Assembly (NCBI RefSeq): GCF_018350175.1 | Contig: NC_058368.1 | Coordinates: 155,870,001-155,934,000 of the forward strand | DNA from: Felis catus | Lineage: Eukaryota | DNA length: 64,000 nucleotides | Reading direction: 5' to 3' | Part shown: positions 13,545 to 25,791 of the stretch, piece after piece | Numbering within the stretch: position 1 is the first letter of the stretch | Layout of the letters: every line of letters begins with the position of its first letter | Notes under the pieces: generated by a model | What the model was told of the DNA's origin: nothing | Database searches by the model: none | The model's input: only the letters and a program-made list of their open reading frames with translations | Translations under genes and position numbers: made by a program

Positions 13545-15892
13545 TTATGCCCCTAGTTGTTTTCCTGTGATTCTATCCAAAAATAAAGAGCCATGCACCA
13601 TAAGACTACTTTATCACTGCTATTCTCTAATTAAGCACATTGACAATTTATTAATTCTTAAAGAGGTAATAAAGATAAATATTAAAGGAAATGCAAAGAT
13701 CCAAATTAGGCAAGAAAATCAAATCTCTCTTTCATTAGAATTTCTGCTGGATTATGAATTCTCCACTTACTAGTAATTCAGCAGTGACATGAAAGAAATA
13801 GTTGGGAAAATTTTAAAAACTACATGCTGAGTTTTCATCATTCTACTTACTACTTAACATGATGGCCTTTCCAGTCTTTCTGATTGAGCCTACCAGAAAC
13901 ATTATTCTCAGGCATTCAACTCTAGCATATAGCATATACTAAAGAATTCTATTTTGAAAGTTACACTTTCACACCACTCTCCCACCTCCTTAAACCCAGA
14001 CAGTATCTTTCTAAATTTAGATAAATTATCCAAACTTATTATAGGCTATATATTTTTATCAAGCTATATATAGATAGTAAAATAAAAAAAAACATATTAG
14101 CAAAAGCATTTGTTTGACTATAAAAACGTAACTATGTAAATGTAAGAAGTATTCTTTTGTGTAGTTATGGAACTGCATTCTAAAAACAAACTGACATCTC
14201 AGTTTATTTTACTTACACAATAAGTTTAATTTACATAGAAATGACAGAGCATTTCAGGAGCAAGTCTTAAAAACAATTTCTGCTGAATGACTGCTATAAT
14301 AATCTCCTTAAGAGAGAAATAAACATAAACTAAAACGGCAGTTGCAAAACATACATAGTAGCTTTCCAGTGAAGACAAAACTCAGTATTTAGTAGGAACA
14401 TACTAAAAAAACACAGAAGGGGTTTTGGTTTAGATTGCTGGCTAAAGTCAGAATCTGTTTCCCTAAAACTTCAATCTTAAGCGTATCAGAAGTTGTTTAT
14501 TAAGGCAGGCTTCTAGACAAGAAACTCAAATTTACACTATCTTCTGTATTCCACCCTCACATCCATGAAAAGAAAGGTTTTTAAATGCTTCTATATTCGG
14601 GATGTGGTGAGATACTTTCTACAGGTTCTCATTTAATCGAACTAGAGATCTTACTGGTAACAATAAATACTAAATTATTTCCAGGATTTAAATGCAAAGG
14701 TTTATTTCTGTCCTAGGAATTTTAGACAATTATACATGAACTTCTATTTTCTGAATTACAGCAACAGAGATCTAGAGTGTGACTATGAAGGAAAAAATTT
14801 TCTGAAAGAAAATGCCACAAACATGGACTACCTTTAATCAAATAATTTTAATCAGCAAAGCAGTAAAATTCTAAAACTTAGAAATTAAATGGTAATTAGC
14901 AAATAATGGAAAATATTTTTACAAACAGGAAAATTATCATTAGCATATCATTTTCCTTTACTCTGATATGAAAATATATCTTTATGTTCAAATTCCTAAA
15001 ATTAAGAAATTTCCTAAAATGCATAGGTCCAGAATTCATACTAGTTTACATGTGTTATCACACTCATTTCCTATTAAACAAATATGAGAACACAGAAAAT
15101 TTTCCCAAATTGCTTAAAGATATGCATAAAAAAACACTGTGACACAAAGTAAAGTAGCTTGAGAGAAATAAAGCAAACTCATGCCACTAGTTTACTAACA
15201 TTATTTTCTTTTTTAAAATTCTATTTTATTATTTTTATCTTAATTTTTAACCTTGATAAATGGCATATTCATATTTAAAGTCACCTTAAATCATTCTTGG
15301 AAGAAGGCAAGATAGGCAGAAAAAAGAGAATCAGAAAAAAGGAACTGGGAAGAAAAGAAGAGAGAGAGTAGCAGAGGAGATGAGAAAAGGCTCCCCAGAA
15401 AAGAAGACATCTGAGCCAAAACCTTAAGGCAGGTGGAGGTACGGGTGTTGTGAACAAGGGAGAGAGGGCATTTCAAAGAGAGAAAACAGTATGAGATAAA
15501 AGTACAAGGTATGAACAAAGGATAGTACGGTAGTTAAGTCTAACTGGAAAGCATAGCTCAGAAATAGAAATGAAGAAATATGGACAAAATATAGGTACAC
15601 CTATGTATTATTAAATCCCACCATAATGAACACTAAACAAATTCACCATAGTGAAAACTGTGTTCTTATTCGTATATAACTAAAACTCATACATCTCAAT
15701 GCTAAAATATAGGAAATGAAATTCAATTAATAACCAGCCTTCAACAGTGAGATTAGTAATGAAAATAATTATTTCAAACAGGACGTGAGAAGCAAGATGG
15801 TATGGAACAAAAGGCTGTAACAACCAGACTTCCTTCTCCAATTCTTGGATCTTTTGTTGCGACAAGTTTTATGCTAGAAAGTTATGTTTACT

Positions 15893-15895
<3 letters not shown>

Positions 15896-15942
<47 letters not shown>
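15896..15942. repeat. (TA)n microsatellite
   Basis: Perfect TA run. Confidence 0.99.
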
Positions 15943-15944
<2 letters not shown>

Positions 15945-16158
15945 AAGTAAATGGGATTGGTACTTGAAGCTCAGGAGTCCAATGATCTAAATTTGAGTTA
16001 CACTGCATTACAGAATAAACCTTGTGATTTGGGGTGATCATTTAGGGCCAACTTGATCATCAACACAAATGTGAATACAGGCACAGGAGGTGAAAAATCT
16101 AGATAACGTAGAATATTTTCTCTCTATATAGCTATATATAATCATTAAGTTCAAGATA

Positions 16159-17234
16159 CAGTAAAACCTTAGACTGAGAGTAACTTGTTCTGCGAGTGTT
16201 CCACAAGATGAGCAAACATTTCTAATAAATTTTAACTTGATAAACGAGTGATGTCTTGCAATACAAGTAGCCTATGACACCAAATGTCATACGATCACAA
16301 CTGAGCCAATGGTTTTTCTCTGTCTCTGTCTTGCTACATTGTGGGTGATCATCTCATGTGCCTAGATGCTTGGTCTCAGGCTGTGATGTGTGGCAGAAAT
16401 CAGTGGTTTTTCAGAACTGTGGCACTAGTGTATTTTTTTATCACTTCAAATAACCTATGGACAGCCCTTTGCTTTTCCATACAAGAGTAAGCTTAGGAAT
16501 GCTTTGTTCTACTCTAGGTCAGGCTGCCTGCAGATATAGACCCTTTCCTCTGCTGCCTTACTGCCAGCTACATTAAATACAGTATGACAAGTTTATTAAT
16601 ACTGTACTGTAGTCAACATCAGTGCAAGCACATACAATGGCCCCCGTTCAGAAAAAGATTCCTTTGAGTCAATAAATAGTAGTGATTCCATTAGTGACAG
16701 GGGAAGTCATCCTACACAATGACCCTCCTCTCTTGTCTCCCTCACACCAACCACAAAGGTTTTTAAAGGTAAGGACAGGTTCATTTATTTATTTTTCTTT
16801 ATATTTTGTATTTTCTTTACTATTTTGTATTACATTACAATATTGTAATCATTCTTTTTTTTAAAAAAATTAATGTTTCTTTATTTTTGAAAGACAGAGA
16901 GAGAGCGCGTGAATAGGGGAGGGACAGAGAGAGACAGTCAGACAGACAGACAGAATCTGAAGCAGGCTCTAGCCTCTGAGCTGTCAGCACAGAGCCCCAC
17001 GTGGGGCTTGAACTCACGAACAGCAAGATCATGACCTGAGCCAAAGTCGGACACTTAACCGACTGAGCCACCCAGGCATCCCTGTAATCATTTTTATATG
17101 AATATTTTTGGATTGTGCAATGAATCATCTGAGTTTCCATTATTTCTACCAGGGGAATTCGCTTTGATATACAAGTGCTTTGGATTACAATATGTTTCCA
17201 GAATGAATTATGCTCACAAACCAAGGTTTTACTG
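16159..17234. mobile_element. Non-autonomous TcMar/Tigger-type DNA transposon
   Basis: Terminal inverted repeats CAGTAAAACCTT / AAGGTTTTACTG, each flanked by TA. Confidence 0.85.
16854..17082 (-). mobile_element. Can-SINE (SINEC_Fc-like) nested in the DNA transposon
   Basis: TSD tgtaatcatt. Confidence 0.93.
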
Positions 17235-17701
17235 TATTTTGATTATCATGGAGTAAGGTCCACCAAAAATTAAATCTGTGACCCTCCGTATGTCCAAAAA
17301 ACAAAAGGTAGCAGATCCTAGGAGAAAGCAATCACTTGCACATGGGATTATCTAATAAGACACAGTTGCTAAATTTTGAAAGAGATGATGTTAGAGGATA
17401 CAGATTAAGGCTGAAAAAGATGCAGATGCCAAAAAAGGACAAAGTTTATTCAGAGAACAGCACCTGTCCAAGTGAACAAATACACATGGCTTATGGAAAA
17501 GAGTAAAATGTAAGCCCCACATACAAATATAACAAAGCAAACATCCCCAGTTCTTCTCTCAGGTCATATATGATGGATATTCTATTATCAACATATTACC
17601 AGTATGCAGCATATAATTAATTCAAGTGGAAATGGGCAGACATCTTATGTGCAGCAGAAATTACTCAGGGCATTACATATACTTAAGATATAAATGTTGG
17701 A

Positions 17702-17923
17702 GGGGTGCCTGGGTGGCTCAGTCGGTTAAGCATCTGACTTTGGCTCAGGTCATGATCTCGTGGTTTGAGAGTTCGAGCCCTGCATCAGGCTCTGTGCTGA
17801 CAGCTCAGAGCCTGGAGCCTGTCTTCGGATTCTGTGTCTCCCTCTCTCTCTGCGCCTCCCCTGCTCATGCTGTCTCTCTTTCTCTCAAAAATAAATAAAA
17901 CATTCAAAAAATTTTTTTTAAAA
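17702..17923 (+). mobile_element. Can-SINE (SINEC_Fc-like)
   Basis: 17-bp TSD aagatataaatg(t/c)tgga. Confidence 0.95.
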
Positions 17924-17944
17924 AAGATATAAATGCTGGAGAAC

Positions 17945-18428
17945 AATATCAAGAACTTTAAGGGACCTGATATTTTATCCTGTTTGCAAGCTAACAAGTT
18001 AGCCTGCTACTGTTTCATGGATACTGCTAAAAGACACTAGACTCCTGTGTCAGCGACAAAAGACTATTACTCAGTGTAGAGAAGGCAGCATGAGCTTATC
18101 TTCATCTTCCTCTTGTCCCTCAAATCCCAAAAAGGCAATGTGAACAGGCTAAGGACAGAGGCTGAACACACTGTAGAGCTAAGGAACCTCAACATTTATG
18201 AAGCCCAGTCTTGTAAGGGGTTGCTTTGCCATTAGTACAGGAAGGGAGGAGCATTTTCTTGAATAGCAAAAAAAATCTGCTCTCTGCCTTGGAGGAATAC
18301 ACAATCTCTGTCTTCCAAGTTGTTTCCTATACAAAGACCCTCAAAAAGATAGACCACATCAAAAGCTGTCAGTGACTTTGCTCAGACACATGTAGAAATT
18401 CAAGAGACACATGGAGAATTGGCTCCCA
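17945..18428 (-). mobile_element. ERVL-class LTR (MER76-like)
   Basis: Reverse strand ccaattctccatgtgtctct...ttggaagacagagat resembles the MER76 5' end as recalled. Confidence 0.65.
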
Positions 18429-19297
18429 GGAAACATAAATTTAGTTTCATATATTCTTTATGCTACCATTTAACCAGTTTTGTAAGGAATCAAAACAGGA
18501 AACAGAAACATCAACTTATCCTTAGAGAACTAAATTAGTGTATAGTTACCACACTTAACAAATGCGTCCATACACATTTTATTAAAAATACTTAACATGA
18601 CATAGAATGAGTAAAACCTTTGGCTTTAAAAAACATTCACCTGAATGACAAATGACATTTTCAAGGGTTCCTACCAGTAGTACCATGGGAAGAACCTAAA
18701 TGGTCACAAGGCCTAATCCTTTATCAAGTCAAAGGTAAGTAGGTAAGATCCAATTTATTAGCCAAACGAGTGTCAATCTTCTTCACAGAGATAAGCACTT
18801 TTTTTTACCTTTATTGAGGAATAAATGTGATGATTTGATATATATTATACACAAACACACACATTGTAGAATGATAAAGAAGATTAATATTATTAACACA
18901 TCCATCACTTTATCATATAATTAACATTGGTAATTTTTTTTTTTTTTTGAAGATAAGCATTTAAAGTAACACTTTTCCACCTGGCACAGCAGAGATTTCA
19001 ACCTCCTAAAAACATTTAAAACATAAAATTTGGCAGAATTTGTTTTCTGATGTAATGACTCACTACCAAATATTAAGGTCATGGGAAGTATATGTTTACA
19101 TAAAAACATAAATTTTTAAACTTAGAATATGTTTCAAACATAACCATTAAAATAATCAAACAAAAAATGCAAAACCTTTTTCAAGTCATTTTTTTTTTTT
19201 TTAGAAAGACTTCATGAACCGTTTTAGCTTTACAACTTTCATTCTGACTATTCAAAATTGGGGGTGGGGGGAGTTAAAGTTGAATATATCACCATAC

Positions 19298-19398
19298 CTC
19301 CCCTAGAGCTTCATATCTTTTCTGGTTCCATCTGTGCAAGTCTTCTCGGTAGTTAAAAACAAATGGTTCCCCAGTTTTTATGTGTCTTAACTGCCCCT
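19298..19398 (-). CDS. FAM172A: FAM172A third coding exon, 101 nt; (K)[33 protein letters not shown]
   Basis: Acceptor tttatcttctag, donor GAG|gtatgg, phase 1-0, continues the frame of the previous exon. Confidence 0.97.
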
Positions 19399-21097
19399 CT
19401 AGAAGATAAACAAACAGTATTGCTATGACTCAGAGCATATTTATAATAATATGAAAAGTATGACAAATAATGTCTGAACTTTCTCAGAACAGTTTCATTT
19501 TTCCATTAGATTTTTTTCTTCAAATATCAACATGATGCAAACATCTAACTACTGTAAGAGAATGGCCCCACGTACTCAATGCTTTGCGTTTTCATCTTCA
19601 TTACTCTAAAGCAAATTCTGATCTGCATTACTCTAACCTAAATTAACATTTGAGAGCCTATAATGTATAAGGGTCCTTGCTGGCTACAGCTGTGAACATA
19701 GTCCCAGTTCCTAAGCTTAAAGGTTACAAAAGCGTAAATATTAAAAAGTTAAGCAACTTTTCAGGAAATTAAACAAGAATGAAGCAAATCAACAATCTAA
19801 AACCTGCCACAGGCAACTCATTGTAGACAATAAAGTCTAAAGCAAGTTTGGAAAAATGAAAGATCCCTATAGGTTAGAATAGGTCTAGTGTGATTTTTCA
19901 ACCAGGCCTTGAAGTATGAGTAAGAAATGAAAATAGGAGAAAGGAAGTGAGCCAACAAAGGTTTGGACTGTCAAGGCAGTCAACACTCAATTCTGAGATT
20001 TTACTGATAATACTTTTACTAATACTATCAAAGATATAAGCAGTCTAGTGTCACAGGCAAAGAAAAGCAGGGAGAGGTCTGGGATAGCTTGGGCATTTCT
20101 TCCTAGATCCTTTCCTCTCAGTAGTAGCACTCTGGTCCAGAGAGGTCTCTAAGTGAGGTCTCTAAGTGAGGCAAAAAGTTACCTCATACACTGGTGAGCA
20201 TTTGGGTTATACTTCAGTTTTATGTGCCAGAGAGTGGTACTACTTATGTGATATTCTTCAGAGAAATATACCTCCTATTTCCACAGATATGTTTGCTATA
20301 TGTTCGTTTACCATAAGTAGTGCCAAATCAGCCATCCTGCTCAAAGCATTCCATAAAGACTCTGTTCATAGCAAACATTAGTCTGTATTCACTAAAAGTT
20401 TATAGTATCAGCATGTTTATAAAGAGAAAAGACCAGGACACTTTGTCTTCATTCTGTCCCAGGAATATTCTCCTGGTAATGAGGAGAGAAACATACCACA
20501 AGCCAATTACTTTAACCTACTCTCTCCTGCCTCTACCCAGCAATTTAAAGAAAACTGTATAAAATGAACAGAAAGTTCAAATAATAGTGAACAATCCATT
20601 TTAACAGAAACAAAAAGTATTGAGCCAAACTGTGTAACACTGGAGAACATGTTGGGAACCAACAGTAGAAGGCTCAAATATTGGGTCTGGACTCTATGCT
20701 AAGAGCAGTAAGGCACAAGAAAGAGTTTAGAGCCCAAAGAAGGACATGATCATTCAGAGTGGAACTTAGTATTTGATTTTCAATGAGGGCATGAAGGAGT
20801 GGATAAAAACTTGAAAGTTATAGCACTGAAACGAAACCCAGGAAATATACGACCCCAAGTAAAACTACTTCACTATTTTTATGAAATCAATTTCACTACA
20901 TATAAAAATTAACTCTTTAATATGCAAAATAAGAGCTAATCCTTATTTGTAGAGTTCTCTAATACTCTCAACATGAGATACTGTGTTGGATCACTACAAT
21001 ACTCTTTTTTGGTCAGATGATGCCATATAAATTACAAAATGTATCTGTTTGTCTCTACAGGAAAGGGAAATTCCCATTTAAGATACCAAAGCAGGTA

Positions 21098-21265
21098 GGG
21101 GTGCCAGGGTGGCTCAGTTGGTTAAGCATCCAACTTCAGCTCAGGTCATGATCTCACAGTCCAGTCCATGGGTTCGAGCTCCGTGTCAGTCTCTGTGATG
21201 ACAGCTCAGAGCCTGTAGCCTGCTTTGTATTCTGTATCTCCCTCTCTCTCTGCCCCTCCCCCACT

Positions 21266-21309
<44 letters not shown>

Positions 21310-21396
21310 GCTCAAAAATAAACATTAAAAAAATAAATAACTTGAAATGGAAAAGAAAGCTACATGTAATGGGTAAATCTGAAAAAAAAAAAAAAA
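21098..21396 (+). mobile_element. Can-SINE with an extra 41-nt 3' segment and second poly(A)
   Basis: TSD aagataccaa(a/t)gcaggtag at 21080-21098 and 21397-21415. Confidence 0.92.
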
Positions 21397-23000
21397 AAGA
21401 TACCAATGCAGGTAGATTGAGGGCATCTGCTAATCTAAAACTTATGATTTTGACTAAAGTAACCTTAAAGGTACCTGACATATAGTAATGTATAATATTT
21501 CTGCAGCTGAAATTTAAAATGTATTTTCTGTGAGACTGCTGTGTGAAAGGGAAATGACTTACCAAGCCAGTAAGTGACTTTAATAGACTACTTAGACCAC
21601 TTGCACCTACATCACAAAGAAAGGTGTTTTGTTTTTTGTTTTTCATTTTAACTTACTCATTTTTGGATATCATAATTCTCATAAAGTGATAAAGATTCTG
21701 ATGCTTTAGGAAAAATGGGCCCTGTCAAAATAGCCAACTATTAGCACTAGTGTTAAAGGTAAAAAGAAGGTTAAGAGGCAAAGAATGTGAGCAGTGTTAT
21801 CCAGAAAAAAATACCTGATCACATTGCAAATATGGCATTTCTCAAAGATTTGGACAATCCTGCCAGTGAGTGTCAAAGATCTGATTTACGACACTTTAGC
21901 TTAAGGTCCCCTGAAATCAGTTGTAAAGTTTCACATGTACACCTAAAATATGTGCTATTCTGGGAAACGTATCCATATATTTTATCAGATTTGTTATGGA
22001 GTCTAGGACCCAAAAGATGCTATCACTTGCCTAAATGAATTAATAAGTTGAAAGTATTTAGGACACTTCTTGGCATGTATTAAGAGTTCAATAAATATCA
22101 GGTATTGTAGAAGGCAATATTCAAACGCAAATGGTTTGCCACAAGGCCAATTATTTTTAGTGATACTAAAGTGTGCTTCCTCATGATACTGCACCAGGGC
22201 ATAGGGAGTACAGGTGAGTGTAAAAGGGGATAAGACTTTGAGTTCTTCATCAGCAAGGACATTTGAGCTGGGCCTTACACAACTGTAACAACGGGAAAAT
22301 TGGCTAAGCAGGCATTTTAAACACAAGACGTATTTGAAAACGCACTGTTATCTGAAAGAACAAGGTATCAATTTGATGAAGGTAAAATACAATCTCTTCC
22401 CCTATGTTACAAATTGGCTTAGAGTAAAATTTGTATCCAAATTCTTATTTTATCCAACTACTTTAAAATCCTTTATACAAAATTAGAAGCTTCAATCAGG
22501 TAATGAAAATTTAATTTCAAAGCTTTCATAAGAATTTTCATCATTATAAAGCTAAAAAAGAAGTCGCCAAAGATACTAAGTTAAAATTTCCCCTTTAGGG
22601 GGTTAGCATTGACACCCAGTTTCCTGTATACAAATCCTCACCTCTCTTAAAAGATATTCACCATTAACCTGAATTCAAAAGTGAACTGTATAATACTAAA
22701 AATAAGATCCTTAAAAATGACATTCTATCCTTAGAATTCAACCATGTCTGCCTCATACTGTTAGTCACTATTTATGTAAGACAGTGTCCAGGATACTTAA
22801 AAAATAAATGGCAAGTGTGTGCAAGGATGCATACATCTTCATGGTATATATACACAAAAGGGCACATGTACATGCAAAAGTGTAGGTATGTACAAAAGTC
22901 TGAATGCAATATATGTGGATCCAAGGGTGTGCAAAAGTGTGAAAGGTTGTGTGCATATGTATCTGATAATAAAAGGAAAGATTAAAAGTGTACTGCTTCT

Positions 23001-23108
23001 GGGGGCGTCTCACTGGCTCAGTTGGTATAGCATGTGACTCTTGATCTCAGGATCATGAGTGCAAGCTCCACTCTGGGTGTGGGCCCAACTTAAAAAATGA
23101 AAACAAAG
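23001..23108 (+). mobile_element. Short tRNA-derived carnivore SINE
   Basis: A box tggctcagttgg, no CT tract, A tail, degenerate TSD aaaagt.ta.tg. Confidence 0.8.
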
Positions 23109-24177
23109 AAAAGTCTATTGTTTTTTTGTTTCTTACTCACTTTAAGAAATATTCAAGGAAGATGAAACATAGACTTTGATGAAAAATGATGTCTGATATC
23201 CATAGAGCAAACATAGTTCTATGATTTAGCCACAATACCAATATCCCAACCCATCCCTGTTCTGAGAAAATCTAATAATCATTTCAAAGGAAAAAAGGCA
23301 ATGTTAGTCTGAGTGATCATTTAGTTCTGTCAATTAAAATATAAAGAAATTAAAAAAAAAACAAAATATTACTACTCATACATATTTTGGCATAAGATAT
23401 CCTTTACTAAAAAAAGCATGAAAATATCAGAAAAGAGATCAAAGTTTCTAATATCATCTGTTTAAATCCACTTAATTTTCTAGTATACAGAGACCATCAT
23501 TATATAAGCTGATACCTATAACTGATAATGCAAAGGGATATCTACTATGACATAACAAATCACCAATGTAGTGGGTATGGAGCAACTAACAGAAAGCTAC
23601 ACCTCAAATGCTACCTAGCTTGTAACAACAATGCCCTTCAGGTACAACAGCATGTTATCAATTCAGTGAATCACAATTCTTTGTTCCAGAAACATCCCTG
23701 TAACTTATGGTATGTTCTCCCAAATCCCAAGTGCAAAGTTTACCTTATTCATAACTTAATTAATAAATTTTAAAATAAGGATGTTGCCTGAAAAAAATCA
23801 TGGAAAATTGAGTATTATGCTTTAAAATATGGTCAAAGATAATAATTGCTAGTCATTTCATTTTAAAAATGTGGAAAAGTAGCATCTTTCTATATAATTT
23901 AATTCGGAATTACAACCGATGCCAGCAAGTTAAATGCTCAAGGCTGAAATGCATAAGTCAAATCAAATTCATGTCCATTGGTTTAAGTGATGTGACAATT
24001 AGGGGAAATTACAATTTGGTTCTTTTGCTTGAGTGAAGAATTTCACCATGAAGGGAAAAGTCATGATTTCTTAAATACATAAAACACTAACGGGCAAATA
24101 AAAGTAGCAAATAACATCTGTCCTATGATTCTATTAGCATGATACATAAATCTTGTATGTAGCATACAACCACTTAC

Positions 24178-24279
24178 TTTCATTAAAAGCATATTCAAAT
24201 CCTTCCAGGGTATCCGGAAAATCAAGAGGTGGTTCATCTTTTTTCATTAGTTCATCCAAATCAATCCTAGATAATAAAT
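24178..24279 (-). CDS. FAM172A: FAM172A second coding exon, 102 nt; (D)[33 protein letters not shown](K)
   Basis: Acceptor ttcttttctag, donor AAA|gtaagt, phase 1-1, open frame, recognisable peptide. Confidence 0.97.
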
Positions 24280-24829
24280 CTAGAAAAGAATATAAAATGT
24301 ACTTATATTTTCATAGTTAATTACAAAGATTTCATTTTAAATGGTTTTACGTATTCTTTTGTTCTATTAGCTTACTTTTTATGTATTGCCTTACTGATAA
24401 TGCTTTTAAAGTTTCTAAGTTCTTAAAGTGCTATATCATGACAATTTCAAAAGCACTTTCAAAATCATAATTGCCATAACAATCACAATTTTAGATCCTA
24501 TGTACCCCTATTGTAAATTATGAACTTCTTCCCCTCAAAATATTCAGGTATTAATTTGTACCTTTTTAACCTCCATCTATATAGTTTAAAAGTTTCAGGT
24601 ATTAAGATGATTTTTAAATGGTCACTAAATCTTACATATAGATGACACTACTATTTATGAAAAAAGAAACTTATAAATTTAAATAGGGGTAACATAGCAC
24701 ATTATTAAATTTTATATGAAAAATTATAATATTAAAATAAAACATGTAAATGGAGAAAGTTTGATTATCAGAAAGAAGTTTTTATTCTTTACACTATCTG
24801 ATTTCCATACAATAAAAAAATGGTCAACA

Positions 24830-25791
24830 AAGTTTTTTAAATAAACATTTTATCTTGAAATCATTTTAGATTTACAAAAAAGTTGAAAGATAGTACAGAT
24901 ATTGTCTATATACCCTTTGCCCAGTTTCCCCTATTGTTAACATCCTATATCACCAGGGTACATTTGTGAAAATGAAGAAACCAACGTCTGCACATTCTTA
25001 TTAACTAAGCCCAGATATTATTCATCAGTTTTTTCATTAATGTCCTTCTTCTATTCCAGAACTCCATGTAGGATACCACACTGCATAAACTTGTCACGTC
25101 TCCCTAGCATCCTCTGGTCTGAAACAGATTTCTGTCTTTACTTCTTTTCCATGATCTTGATGGTTTTGAGGAATACTGGTCAGGTATTTTGCAGAATGAC
25201 CCTCAATTTGGGTATGTTTGATTTTTACTTGTTGTGATTAGACTAGGGTTACAGGTTTTTGGAAAGAAAACCACTTTTGGAAAGAGTGAACTGACCCTCT
25301 TTTCACACATATCAAGAGGAAAATGATATCCATGGAATATCACAGGAGATGTTAATTTACATCGGTTGGCTAAGGCATTGTGTGACAGTTTCTCAACTAT
25401 GACGTTACTATTTTTCCTTTTCCAAAATCTATTCATTGGAAGCGAGTAAGTCTAGCCCACAATCAAGGAGGAAAAGGTGGAATTATGTTCTATCTTATGG
25501 AGCAGAGAACATCTACATATATTTGTAATTCTCTTATATGAAATTTTTGTCTCTCTTCCTCCATTTACACATTTATTCAATCTTATTTATATCAGTATGG
25601 ATTCATGGATATTTATTATATGCTGTGGGTTACAATCAATATGTCATTTACTTTGTTGCTCAAATTGTTCCAGCATTGGCCATGACCGTAAGCTTTCAGG
25701 TGGTTCCTATAACTCTTTGACATGCTCTTATCTTTTTTTTTTTTTTTTAAATATTTCCTTACTTTGTGTTACCACAAGATGCTTGCTCTAG
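24830..25791 (-). mobile_element. Old L1 3'UTR (L1MC/MD-like); resumes at about 27396-27460
   Basis: ttttagatttacaaaaaagttgaaagatagtacag reverse 3' end hallmark. Confidence 0.7.

Noticed and set aside
20142..20171. 13-bp tandem duplication gaggtctctaagt (also a 10-bp one near 46254)
   Set aside because: Common slippage duplications with no sign of function.
23001..23092. tRNA gene (also 49390-49480)
   Set aside because: Has A/B-box remnants but a degraded B box, no convincing acceptor stem and an A tail, as expected for a tRNA-derived SINE.
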